From Octopus sinensis (taxonomy: Eukaryota), in assembly GCF_006345805.1 (NCBI RefSeq), contig NC_043004.1:52142001-52206000 (forward strand): a stretch of DNA of 64,000 nucleotides, given 5' to 3'. Below are positions 52,611 to 64,000 of this stretch, one piece after another. Both the position numbers and the translations under genes were made by a program. The notes beneath the pieces were generated by a model. That model ran no database searches, had not been told where the DNA came from, and worked only from the letters and a program-made list of their open reading frames with translations. How positions within the stretch are numbered: position 1 is the first letter of the stretch; every line of letters starts with the position of its first letter.

Positions 52611-53990
52611 TACAGTAATATCTCGCAGTACGAGTTTAATTTCTTCCATGACTCGTTTTACACATCAATTTTTTCGCCTTGAAATTAATCTAAATATAAT
52701 TAATCCGTTCCAGCCCCACAAGACCACCGAAAAATCATTTTTCATGGGTTTTAAAGCAGAGAAGATGCATAACAATGAAATCGACTGTTATAAAGAACAG
52801 AAGAAACAGAATGCAAAAGAAATATGTAAACTGGTTTTATTAATTTGATTACCTTAAAGATAGGACGATTTGTGTGCGAGGAAGACGGCAGAGCGGGGAG
52901 GAGGAAGACTGTTGTTTGGAAGGAGGATCTCCTTCCATTAAGAATTTTGAAGGAATTTCTGGCGTTTCTTTCTCACATCGCTTAAGTTAGGTTTTTTCGA
53001 CACACTCTCTTCACTTTTGACACTTGCAGGTGGTTTAATTAGAAAGATAGGCACAGGAGTGGCTGTGTGGTAAGTAGCTTGTTTACTGACCGTATGGTTC
53101 CGGGTTCAGTCCCACTGCGTGGCACCTTGCGCAAGTGTCTTCTGCTATAGCCTCGGGCCGACCAAAGCCTTGTGAGTGGATTTGGTAGACGGAAACTGAA
53201 AGAAGCCTGTCGTATATATATATATGTGTATGTATGTGTATGTGTTTGTGTGTCTGTGTTTGTCCCCCTAGCATTGCTTGACAACCGATGCTGGTGTGTT
53301 TATGTCACCGTTACTTAGCGGTTCGGCAAAGGAGACCGATAGAATAAGTACTGGGCTTACAAAGAATAAGTCCTGGGGTCGAGTTGCTCGATTAAAGGCG
53401 GTGCTCCAGCATGGCCGCAGTCAAATGACTGAAACAAGTAAAAGAGTAAAAGAGTAAAAAAGTTTTCTTTTCTCTGCCATTCAAAATCATAAGAAAATAC
53501 ACCAGAGCAGTGTCATTAAGCAAAGCAGCTGCACGGCCTTTAGATATTTTTCACGAAGATATTTTTCTATAAATTCAGAAAGACTCTGCCTCTCACTCAC
53601 CCGTAGAGATAGCCTTCTCCGCTACACTGTCCTCCTCCGAGGACCCAATCTCTCTCCTATCACATTCGAATGCTACTGCTCCTGAAGCTGCAGGAATTCA
53701 TCTGTCATCAGCTCCTCCGAGTGTTCCTCAACGCGATCGTTAATATTTCCATCATTCAATTTGAAAGCCCGTGGACTTGCCAAGAGGCACTATCTCCTCG
53801 ACTAGAAATGTCTCAGACTCAAACCCTTAAAAGTCTCTTTCGGATACGCAGTCAGGACACAGCTTCCTCCATGCAGAATTCAGCGTTCTCCTTGTTACAT
53901 CCTTCCAGGCCATATCAAAAATTTTCAGGCAGTTAACAGTGTTGTAATGTTCCTTCCAAAACTCACGAATGGTTAGATTTGTATTTTCGG
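52611..53990 (-). mobile_element. pogo/Tigger-like transposon 3' part, interrupted by a SINE
   Basis: Minus frame CLKIFDMAWKDVTRRTLNSAWRKLCP...VEEIVPLGKS...VEEHSEEL at about 53650-53940; TIR-like TACAGTAATATCTCG at 52611. Confidence 0.65.
53050..53460 (+). mobile_element. SINE family B inserted in the pogo-like element
   Basis: Full length. Confidence 0.85.
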
Positions 53991-54162
53991 TGACTTCAAT
54001 GCACCGACGAAGCAGGTGTTTCGCGTAAAATGTCTTAAAATTAAGAAATGATCAGATGATACATGGGCTGCAAGTTAGGGGCGATGTTGCGTGAAAGGTA
54101 TAAAAAATTTATGATTTATTCATAATTATCACACTTGTATATCCATATATATATATATATAT

Positions 54163-54456
54163 ATTATATAAAAGGGCTTAGTAAAATAAATTACTTTGCC
54201 GCATACTGAACTCATTAGAAATAGCAGCTAAAAAACTTTTTTAAAGCTATTTCTAATACTTAAAGAAAATCTCTCTCATATATAGTGTTTGCTTAATTCA
54301 ACTCACTCTTTTGTGAGTTGAATTAAGCAAACACTATATATGAGAGAGATTTTCTTTAAGTATTAGAAATAGCTTTAAAAAAGTTTTTTAGCTGCTATTT
54401 CTAATGAGTTCAGTATGCGGCAAAGTAATTTATTTTACTAGGCCCTTTTATATAAT
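54163..54456. repeat. 294-bp near-perfect palindrome
   Basis: 144-bp arms (54163-54306 and 54313-54456), one mismatch, 6-nt loop TCTTTT. Confidence 0.95.
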
Positions 54457-54570
54457 GTAATAATTTGAATTCGCCTTGAATGGTCCCTTTGCATACTGAA
54501 CACTTGGTGAAATTGATTAATAATTAATTAATTTTGCCCTCAATTGTTGAAATATATATATATATATATA

Positions 54571-54913
54571 TAGCCATATTCAAATGGCAAATATACGTCA
54601 CGATGTTTTGCTGCTACTGTTTATAACTCGCTCTGAGATTTATCATTGTTTGATTTCACTTTTTCAATATCAGTGTCAATCGATACTGGAAAAAGCATAT
54701 GTATTTGTGAAGGGAACCGGGTCAATAACCAAAAACTCGAGTCCGTGTGTATCATAAGTTGAAGACGGGAAGGATGGCTTCCCTTCGCAAATACTGATAG
54801 GGCACAGAAAGTGTGTCTATAGCCAGCTGGAGGAAGTGTCCTCCTGAGGCTACAAACTACAGTAGCATCCACCCTTAGGGGTTAGCCATATTCAAATGGC
54901 AAATACACGTCAC
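54571..54913. repeat. Element bounded by 31-bp direct repeats (period 312 bp)
   Basis: TAGCCATATTCAAATGGCAAATAYACGTCAC at 54571-54601 and 54883-54913; the reverse complement aligns with about 835-985. Confidence 0.6.
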
Positions 54914-55239
54914 TATACATATAGACATACATACATACATATATCTGGCGGTCACTTTTTCGTAAGTCAGAGAAGCAGCATATGCTGACATATTATTTGA
55001 GCTCCAGCTTCTATGTTGTCGGTAGTTATCGTCAGTCAGAATATTACCATTCGTTTCACGTCCAATGTCCATTATTGCCCTTAGCAATATAGTCGACTCA
55101 TCATACCTTGTGCGTCTCTGGCCAACAGGTCTGGGAATTCATTAGTATTGTTAAGAACAATAATAGACTTGAAAGCAACGTTAACATTCTAATCGGCAAT
55201 AACTAGCGACTACATTATATATATATTATGCATATATTT

Positions 55240-55565
55240 AATCTTTTATTCTTTTACTTGTTTCTGTCATTTGATTGCGGCCACGCAGGAGCACTGCCTT
55301 AAATGCTACTTGTTTCATCTGTTCCTTTTGCCGAATTACTAAATTACAGCGACATAAAAAAATCAACTTCGGCTGTCAAGGGATGGTGGGTAAGAACAAA
55401 CACACGCACACATAAATTATATATATATATATTCGACGGACTTCTTTTAGTCTACAAAATCCACCTACAAAGACTTGTTCGGCCCGAGGTTATAGTAAAA
55501 GACACATGCCCAAGGTGTCACGCAGTGGGACTGAAATTGGAACCATGTGGGTGGAAAGCAAGCTT
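55240..55565 (-). mobile_element. SINE family B, diverged
   Basis: Reverse complement of the family B consensus. Confidence 0.65.
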
Positions 55566-55619
55566 ATAAGTATAACAGATTCGTTTATATACATATGTAT
55601 GTATATATATGTATATATG

Positions 55620-55955
55620 CCTTTTATAAGTATATATATATCATCGTGATCACCGTGACCGACCAGGCTATTAGATGTTGCTACACATCGCTGGTCACAA
55701 TGTGCTTCGCATTGTTTTAGCCTTCAAATGACGCCACCCCGCTGGCTAAGCGAGCAGGCCAACAGAAGAAAGAGTGAGAGAAAGGTGTGGCGAAAGAGTA
55801 CAGCAGGGGTCGCCACCACCACCCCTGCCGGAGCCTCGTGGGACTTTAGGTGTTTTCGCTCAATAAACACACACAACACCCGGTCTGGGAAACGAAACCG
55901 CGATCCTCCGACCGTGAGTCCGCTGCCCTAACCACTGGGCTATTTCGCCTCCACA
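55620..55955 (-). mobile_element. SINE, head C + tail Y
   Basis: Reverse complement of 46999-47286. Confidence 0.8.
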
Positions 55956-55957
55956 TG

Positions 55958-56002
<45 letters not shown>

Positions 56003-56199
56003 CTATGCATATATATACATACATGCATATAAATATGTATATACACACAAACACTCAGATACCCACACGCACACGCACGCGCACACACAGGTGTGTGTGC
56101 GCGCGTAATACATATATAATGAGGAATTTGTACCAGGAGAAAAAAAAGTCCCTGCACTGTATACCATTCACGATTGTGCCTGGTGGGGCGTATTAAAAG

Positions 56200-56530
56200 T
56201 TCATGTAGGCATCATTATTTCTCTTTACTCTCATTCTTGCTGTTATACGAAAACCCAGCCAGAAGAGTTGACTAACTATGAGTGGGTAATGCTAAAGCTG
56301 TGAAATCTTCCATGTCTTAATTTAAACTCTTCTTATGGACGTGCATTGTTTCAGACTAACATCTGACTCTTCAAAAAATGGTTTCAGATATAATTAATAG
56401 CGCTCTCTCTTGAAAATGGACAACATTTTGCATTATGGAATTATCAACTATCTGATGATAAATGGTTTAGCTCTTAAGCAAATTCATGCTGACATGGTTG
56501 CTGCATTAGGTAATGAGGTTCCATCTTTAT
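56200..56530 (+). mobile_element. Mariner 5' fragment
   Basis: MDNILHYGIINYLMINGLALKQIHADMVAALG from about 56425; same family as the element at 33160-34260. Confidence 0.65.
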
Positions 56531-56929
56531 GAGCAGTGCAAAAGTGACTCAAGCTCTGGACCGGTAGTGTTTAAGTGTTTGATCAAGCTCCCTATTTTCG
56601 TTATTTAGACCCATCTGATAGTCGACTGTTCTCCCTCCCTTGGCCAGCAACCTGTATCGCAGTGAAGATGACGTCATGCCTGTTGTTGATGACTTTGTTC
56701 ACTAACAGGGTAAAAATGTCTTCACTTATGGGCCCTACCGACTGCAACATCGATGGAACAAATGTCTGGACAGCAAGGGTGGCTATGCTGAAAACTAAAC
56801 CCCCTTGGTCACATTCAATGACAATATCTTCGTCAGCTTATAAAATCTTGAGCCGACTTCCGTAGACTGAATATGAGGGACACTCTTGAATTTTGACAAA
56901 TTCTTTTACATGTGAATTGCACTAGCATA

Positions 56930-57336
56930 GGCGCAGAAGTGGCTGTGTGGTAAGTAGCTTGCTAACCAACCACATGGTTCCGGGTTCAGTCCCACTGCGT
57001 GGCATCTTGGGCAAGTGTCTTCTGCTATAGCCCCGGGCTGACCAATGCCTTGTGAGTGGATTTGGTAGACGGAAACTGAAAGAAGCCTGTCGTATATATG
57101 TATATGTATATGTATGTGTGTGTGTTTGTGTGACTGTGTTTCTTCCCCTAGCATTGCTTGACAACCGATGCTGGTGTGTTTACGTCCCCGTCACTTAGCG
57201 GTTCGGCAAAAAGAGAGCGATAGAATAAGTACTGGGCTTACAAAAAGAATAAGTCCCGGGGTCGATTTGCTCGACTAAAGGCGGTGCTCCAGCCTGGCCG
57301 CAGTCAAATGACTGAAACAAGTAAAAGAGTGAAAGA
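56930..57336 (+). mobile_element. SINE family B
   Basis: Full length. Confidence 0.85.
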
Positions 57337-58784
57337 CAGAGTAGCGTTTCACTCATGTTTAGATCTACTCTCAACAGCTCATAGGTCAGTGCTCAATTTA
57401 CATTTACTTTTTCATGTAGTAGATGTCCCTAGGTATCTTTGCTTGTTTACTTACATGGCCATACTGTTTATAATGCTTGTGTGAATGCTGTAGACTATAA
57501 CTGACAAGCAAGCCATATTATAAACTAACTTCTTGTTCAGACACTGGTTTTATACACTTCAAATATGATTATTACCACAAACACAATAATATCACTCACG
57601 TAAAAACACTGAGATAACTTGAGACGTTCTATATTGGACAGATAACTGAAAAAGTGCGACAGTAAATTAGAAGAAATGAAGACCACAATGTCTATTGTAC
57701 ATGAAACTGCTCTTTTATAAACTTCCTTGAGAAACTAATCATAACTTTAATAGAAACTTTGTAATGATATCCAACATTTATTGTGAGACCTGTTTTTGAA
57801 GTATGTATTGGATCATGTCCATGAAATAACTGCAATAGCTGTTATTATGCTTGAAATCGTACAGCTGTTCTCAATTCTGAAAATTGGATATTATTTATTT
57901 CCAATTACAAAACCATCAGTTCAAAAGATCATATTCTTTAATCTACATATATGTACATATGCATATTATCCATGCATAGATAGTTACATATGCCTATGGT
58001 TATGCGCAGCCATTTATCTATCGTTCTAAACATGGATGTACTTGCACATACGTACATACGTACATACATGCATACATATATACATACATTCATACATACT
58101 TTACATATATACATACATGCATATATATGTATATATATATAAATTGAGATAGAGGTTGTAAATGCAACCCTCTTTGGGATAACATATATCCAATATACTG
58201 CTAGTGAAGTACCCAACAAAGTTAATACATAAATGTTAATGATTGCGATGCAATCAATTCATTTACTGTATTATTTGAGCAAAGGTAAAATGATATACCA
58301 CAAATTACTATATATACAAATTGGGACAAGAGCGCAAAACATCCAGACATTTAGGTGATACAAAAAAGGGAAAAAACATCCAGATAGACGGTACAAAGCA
58401 AGGACGGATCATATATACATACATGCATACATACATACAAACATACATACACATATACATGCATACATTCATGCATACAAGCATATATACATAATTACAT
58501 ACATGCATATATACATAATTACATACACACGCATGCACACATACATCTATAATCTTTTCTTCTTTCAACTAGTAGACCGTGGCCAGCCTGGGGCAGCAAC
58601 TTGAATGATTTTGTCGAACAAATCGACACCAACACGTATTTTTCTAAGTCTGGTACTTAGGCCATCGGGAGGTGAACAAAGCGACACCGGATGGCAATCA
58701 GTGTTTAAGGACAAACACAGAGAAAAGAGACATTGATATACAGATATATAAGCAAACATACATACATATATACATATCTTAAAG

Positions 58785-59102
58785 ACTCCGCCGGTTACGA
58801 CGACGAGGGTCCCAGCTGATACGATCAACGGAACAGCTTGCTCGTGAAATTAACGTGCAAATGGCTGAGCATTCCACAGACACGTGTACCCTTAACGTAG
58901 TTCTCGGGGATAATCAGCGTGACACAGAGAGTGACAAGGCTGACCCTTTGAAATACAAGTACAACTCATTTTTGCCAGCTGAGTGGACTGGAGCAACGTG
59001 AAATAAAGTGTCTTGCTCAAGGACACAACGCGTCGCCGGGAATCGAACTCACAACCTTACGATCATGAGCCGAATGCCCTAACCACTAAGCCACGCGCCC
59101 TC
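58785..59102 (-). mobile_element. SINE, head D + tail X
   Basis: Head GGCGCGTGGCTTAGTGG...CTTGAGCAAGACAC; tail matches 44720-44898. Confidence 0.8.
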
Positions 59103-59254
59103 ACATATATATACATATACACACGCGCGCACACACACAAACATATATGCATTTACATATATATATTTATGTACAGATATGCATAAATGTATATTTATAC
59201 ATACATATATATGTGTGTGTGTGAGTGTGTGTGTGTGTATGTATTTTTTCAATG

Positions 59255-59897
59255 TGTACAAATAACACGAAAAAAAAAATAGTTACCAGGGTAGCAAAAA
59301 TTCTCAGAAGTGCCAAGGATGTTACAGCCTACTTATAAAGGTAGAAGTTCCAGGGTTCAGTGAAATGTTTTTGATAATATAGATAAATTAAGTAAAGGAG
59401 TTAAACGCAAGTGTTTTTCCAATCTGTATACATCTGACATATGTTTCGTAGAAAACATTGGTATTATTCCTGACGGAATAAAATGATGTGAAACAAGGCA
59501 GTCATCTTGTCATGGAAAAAGAGAAGCAAAACAGAAAAATCTATTTACAAGCCTTTAAGCTTTATTTCCACACATCTATCGCACTGTATTTCCCCACTCG
59601 TAAATTTCTCTTCATTTCTTTGTTTCTCCTACTTCTTTTTCTCTAAATCGCTTTTGACGTTAAATCTATTAACGGTTTTAAAAAAAATAACTTGCCAGCG
59701 TTCCCTTCGTCCTATATGTGGTAATCAATTTGGTTAAAATAACTGATTGGTGTGGTTTGTTTCCCTTTTTTCCTTGACGCGACGATTACACTGTTTTACA
59801 TTATTTTATTCCCTGTAATAATGCCAATGTATTTTCGAAACATATATCGGCAGTATAAATATTTGAATAACACCTACGTTCAACGTCATTTCTTACT
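59255..59897. mobile_element. Family H repeat, head-to-head pair (long minus arm ~59255-59520, short plus arm ~59750-59897)
   Basis: Both arms align to 3390-3685; both hammerheads are degenerate. Confidence 0.65.
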
Positions 59898-59938
59898 TAT
59901 ACTTACATGCACACACACACACACAAACACTTATATAC

Positions 59939-59972
<34 letters not shown>

Positions 59973-59973
59973 G

Positions 59974-60049
<76 letters not shown>

Positions 60050-60059
60050 TATATATAGT

Positions 60060-62390
60060 ACAACACTGTCTTGAAGTAAGTACACGTAAGCCCCTATGCT
60101 ATCGTTCACGCTGCCTGCTTTCAGTCGTGGTCAAAAGTAAAGACTGGAATATGATACAGAGACTTCGTGACAAAGCAAACAGAATGAACACACGATAAAT
60201 ACTGACAAAATATCAAGGAGTGATGTTCGTAAAGACCACAGCCCATGGAGAACTAGCCCGAGTATTTAGGAAATTTCTAAAGCCAGCTACAATTATGTAG
60301 AACGTAACCCTTTGAGAACACCATATGCACCAATGAGAACTGCATGGAATAACCCTGGCCTTAACTGTAAAACTAGAAAGGTATTCAACAGCATAAGGTG
60401 CATATAGGTTACTTGTAAAAACAACAACCAGACATACATTTGTAAGACATCTAGAAGCATTGCGGAGAGACTAAATCACCATTTGAAACTAAAATAGTCC
60501 TCCATACTCTTGAGAAGCGAAACTCCCCAAACCGAACATCACTAAGCAATAAACGTTCGCTATCAAAAGACTACAGAGTGACAATTCCATCATAATACTT
60601 CCAGCAGACAAGGGAAATGCTACAGTGGTGATGAACAAGTCTGACTACCCGGAAAGTCTGGCAAGTCTTATAAGTGATGGTAGCTACAGCAAAGTAAAGA
60701 AAGACCCTACTTTGAAAACAGAGAAGTTGTCACAGATCTTGATAAAAAACAAGGATCCCTTTACACCAATGAAGTACAGACTAATGACTCAACACTACAG
60801 TAAACTACCACACATGTACGGTCTTTCTAAGATTCACAAGGATGGTATTCCATTAAGACCTATAGAGAGCTGTAGAGGTTCGGCATGTCATCCACTGAGC
60901 CTCTTCCTTGTGGATATAATCAATCCACTAGCAGGAAAGTCAACATCGTTCATGAAGACTTCCACCCACTTCACAGAATTAACCAAGGATATTCCCATTG
61001 AAACCAACTACATGGTGAGTCCAGATGTGATAAGCCTGTTCACCAAAGTCCCAATTGGTGAAGCAGTATCGGTGATTCAAGAAAAACCAGTGACAGATAC
61101 CCATCTAAAAGAACGCACTATTATACCAATAAGAAACTTGATGGAAATGTTGACCTTCTGTGTAGAAACTACCTACTTCAGTATGGACACTGATATATAT
61201 CGACAATAGCCAATATATACATGGAATACTTTGGGAATTTGGCTTTAGGATCAACACCACCAAAACCAACCCTATGGCTGCCATATGTTGATGACACTTC
61301 ATACTCTGGCTCCACTAGGAAGATGTCCAAGTACTGTTAGTTCGTGTGAACTCAATAAAGCCATCCATATAGTTCACAAGGGAAAAAGAAAAATACAATC
61401 AGCTGGCTTTCCTGGACGCATTAATAACACGCACCAAGTATGGATTCAGGACATCTGTATACCGCAAGCCGACCTTCACTGGACCATACCTCATCTTCAA
61501 ATCCCACCATCCTTACAGTGTAAAGAGAGCGATTACTCAGTACCTAAAACATCGAGCAATGAATATAATTAGCGATCGTGATACCCATCACGATCAAATG
61601 ATCAAGCTCAGTAACAATCTATTAAGCAACAACTACCTCAAAAGCATACTCTCCACTCCAATTAGGAAGAAAAGGGAGGACGAAACCAATAAACTGTCCA
61701 CAGCCTGTCTACTCTATGTGAAAGTACTCTCCGAAAAGATACAAAAAATATGCGGCCCATATGACATCAGGACAGTATTCAAACTTAATAGAACACTTCG
61801 CAAATATCTCCTTCGAGTAAAACCACCAACCGAAGAGAATATGACTAAGAACTGCATGTACTCCATCCCATGACGCTGTGGTAGGTTATACAAAGGCGAA
61901 ACATGCCGCCCCTCAAAATAAGGGTAGAGGAACATCTCAAAGCTGTGTCACGGAGATATTGATAAATCGGGTATAGCTGATCGTGTATGGAAAAATGGAG
62001 ACTACCTTCCCTTGTGAGATGAAAAAAAATATAGACAGAGAATACTACTGGAAAAGATGAAGACTAAAAGAAGCAGCGCATATGCTAGGACACAACAACC
62101 TCCTAACAGGACGGAGCGCAGATATGAAAAGCATATGGGAACCGGTATTAAGGAAGGATAGAAAATATTAGATGTATAAGCCCTAGAATTCCCTCCATTC
62201 CGAGTTCGATTCCAGGCAGTGACCTGAATAACAACAACAACATCGAAAAATACATTAGGACTGAGAACACAGGTTCGAAATTTCCCCAAGACACCTGATG
62301 AAGGCTGGAGGGTATATCAGCCGAAACGTTGTGTTAACAACAAACAACATGAGGACAAATATCCGCCAATTGTAAATAATGTAAATAATG
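60060..62390 (+). mobile_element. Penelope-like retroelement (RT + GIY-YIG), decayed
   Basis: ORF 60625-61209 has PHMYGLSKIHKDGIPLRPI and SPDVISLFTKVP. Broken frames give WLPYVDDT near 61275 and VYRKPTFTG near 61460. A GIY-YIG-like CMYSIP*RCGRLYKGETCRPLKIRVEEH lies near 61850-61940. The 3' end carries a hammerhead and a (GTAAATAAT)2 tail; the left end abuts (TA)n. Confidence 0.9.
62291..62334 (+). ncRNA. Minimal hammerhead motif in the 3' end of a Penelope-like element
   Basis: ACAC-CTGATGA-A-GGCTG(10-nt loop)CAGCC-GAAA-CG-TT-GTGT. Helix I ACAC/GTGT, helix II GGCTG/CAGCC, palindromic AACGTT at helix III. Confidence 0.75.
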
Positions 62391-64000
62391 AATTTAAAAT
62401 GCCTTCTATAACAAGTCCAACTTTCACCGAAATACAACAGGGATGGTTAGACAAATGATTTGTAAAGTGCCAGCTTTTTATTCTTATTCATATATCGCTG
62501 GCATCAAACGCGTGACTCTAAGCCACCAAATTATTTTGCTACTCTTTGATGTCGCAGTTGTATTTCTGTATCAAGATTTCCATCATTTTGAACAGGTTCC
62601 AAGGTAGACGAACGAATCGACACTATCCCTTAAAAATTTTTTTAGGAGAGTTACAAACAGCACCACACACAGGTTGAAGCATACACACACGAATACACAC
62701 ATACATACATACATATGTGCATATATATGCACACTGACACAAATGTATACGCACAGACAAACAAACAGAACGCAGCTCCGATAACGGACAGAGTAAACAA
62801 AGTATTGAAGAGGTTGCAAGAAGCAAAGAAAATTTTGGGAAAAATAAGAAATGTGTTGGAATCGAATCAGTTGAATATGCTTCAACACACGGATGCACAT
62901 GAAGAATCATCCAATTCAAATACAAAAACGAAATATATATAAATATATATATATGTGAGTGTGTATGTTTGTGCGCGCGCTTGTGTATGAATGTATATAT
63001 CTATATATCTACGTCTATTGAATCAACTCAAGAAGCGTTGGTTTTCCCGAAACTATACTAGAAGACTCGTGTTCGAAGTCACTGAACCTGAACCCATGTG
63101 GTTCAGAACACACGTTGGCTATATAACGTACATAGACATATACATAATTTGAAATTTAGTTTCTAAAAGGAAAACTTCACAAACAGTTACGTCTAGTTTC
63201 TCATTGACAAAATTCAGACGATTACACAATGGAAAACGTAATTTTTTTCCTATCCTTCTCTACATTTAAGTCCGGTGAGACCTGCAAATATACATCAGAC
63301 ACTACAGATACACAGAAAAGCCATTTCTTTTTCTCCCTATGAAGTGTATAGTACGATTAACATACTTTACGATAGAGTGTATCGCCTGTAATTTCACTGT
63401 CTGATAACTTTCAGCGTTAGGTATGTATGTCTCGAGCCAATATATCGTCTATAACTCCATCACGATTTATTTTATCCACAGAGATATTACATCGATAAAA
63501 TTTAATCGATTATTTAAAGGTTTTAACTTCACAGCGTAAATATGTCATTTTTAATTTTATGATTGGTGTTATAAGCTATGCGCGATAGAGTTCACCACGA
63601 TTATGGTGAGGATGGCGACGACGACGACAACGAAGACGATGAAGACGCGGCAACAATGGTGGCGGCGACAACGATGATGATGACGATGACGACGAAGACG
63701 CCGCTGATAACGATGATGAAGACGACGACGATGGCGATCATGATGACGGCGACGATGACGTTGATTGTGATTACGAGTGTGTTGATACGTGTGTTTGTGT
63801 GTGTGCATGTGTGTTGTGTGCATGTGTGTGTGCGTGTTTGCGTGTGTGCGCGTATGATGTGTGTCTGATTCTGAGACAAACCTTTTGTGAAAAATGTCAA
63901 CGTCAACGTGATATCTGAAATCCTTTAATATCTACATAATAATTGCCGGAATAAACATGGGTTGTTTAGATGGTTGATTGAATTTTCCAGTCAAGCTATA

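Noticed and set aside
62259-62287. CTGAGAAC-ACAG-GTTC-GAAA next to the PLE hammerhead
   Set aside because: The core lacks one nucleotide and helices I and III do not pair.
63578-63868. Asp/Thr/Met-rich ORFs
   Set aside because: Degenerate (GAC/GAT)n microsatellite without splice signals.

Overview
AT-rich, repeat-dense eukaryotic genomic DNA with one 100-N scaffold gap. The SINE, mariner and microsatellite content resembles an octopus (coleoid cephalopod) genome; this is an inference from memory, not a database match. One spliced + strand gene can be assembled at about 13.7-17.7 kb. It has five coding exons joined by phase-1 introns and gives an acidic protein of about 199 aa with no domain I recognise. 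The rest is tRNA-derived SINEs, decayed mariner/Tc1/pogo elements, Helitron/Helentron-type elements, RTE/R4/Tx1-type LINE fragments, a Penelope-like element and microsatellites. The main observation is at 49.6-52.5 kb: a ~443-bp unit repeated about 6.5 times, each complete unit carrying a type I hammerhead ribozyme motif with a palindromic helix III. This is the architecture of a non-LTR retrozyme. The array forms two head-to-head concatemers joined by a 6-bp microhomology, and both 3' ends run into (TA)n. At least three other repeat families in the window also carry hammerhead motifs, including a fully canonical one at 36148-36235. All folds were paired by eye and no activity is demonstrated. 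Most repeat boundaries are approximate.
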